A DNA stretch of 63,151 nucleotides, the filler included, from Octopus bimaculoides (lineage: Eukaryota), in the NCBI RefSeq assembly GCF_001194135.2. It is 6 parts of 6 records of this genome, joined end to end, with 100 filler letters (N's around TTAATTAATTAA, not from the genome) between each part and the next. Parts side by side here need not be neighbours in the genome. Positions count along the whole stretch, not along the records: positions 60,035 to 63,151 come from NC_068990.1; 5 more parts are not named here. One strand, 5' to 3'. Below, one piece after another: positions 62,841-63,151 of the stretch. The position numbers and the translations under genes were made by a program. Numbering within the stretch: the stretch's first letter is position 1; each line of letters opens with the position of its first letter. The notes below the pieces were generated by a model. It was not told the origin of the DNA. It did not search any database and saw only the letters and a program-made list of their open reading frames with translations.

Positions 62841-63151
62841 TAACTGGTCCCAAACAATGAACCATTTATTAAATGAATAAATCTTTAAATCAAATTTGTC
62901 TTACTATTTCTTCTGTTGCTTTTTTTTGTTGTCGGTTATATTTTATTTCGCTACAGTCATTAGAATATGACCATACTGCAGCACCGTCTTGAAGAATTTT
63001 TAGTAGAATAAACCAGGTACATATTCTAACGTTTTTTAATTTTATTTTTGGCATCAAAAGCGGTAGTAAAGCGGTGATAGGAGACAAATACATATCCAAA
63101 AGCACCACCCCACACACACATGTATACATGTCTGTATGTATGTGTATATCT

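Overview
AT-rich, microsatellite-rich eukaryotic scaffold with many N gaps. The SINE/LINE repertoire looks like an octopus (coleoid cephalopod) draft assembly; this is inferred from repeat content only. Four spliced protein-coding genes could be rebuilt by hand from GT-AG junctions with continuous reading frames: (1) the first three exons of WDR75 (minus, 9723-12594); (2) a cationic amino acid transporter of the SLC7A1-4/CAT family (plus, 13 coding exons, 16197-24097, last exon not visible); (3) a complete 7-exon SRPRB (minus, 33940-38639, 264 aa); (4) the 3' three exons of an S1 serine protease (plus, 61016-62840). One intact-looking tRNA-Ile(AAT) lies at 32288-32361. The rest is fossil mariner, hAT, Penelope-like, R4/Dong-like and RTE fragments, several tRNA-headed SINE families, MITE-like palindromes and simple repeats. 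The most unusual object is a ~430-bp element in WDR75 intron 2 (9894-10327). It has a tRNA-like Pol III core between ~150-bp inverted arms, each arm carries a degenerate minimal type I hammerhead ribozyme of the Penelope-associated kind, and a 16-bp direct repeat bounds the whole unit. It may be a non-autonomous SINE/Penelope/ribozyme hybrid. Almost all long ORFs in the supplied track are artefacts of N gaps or microsatellites.
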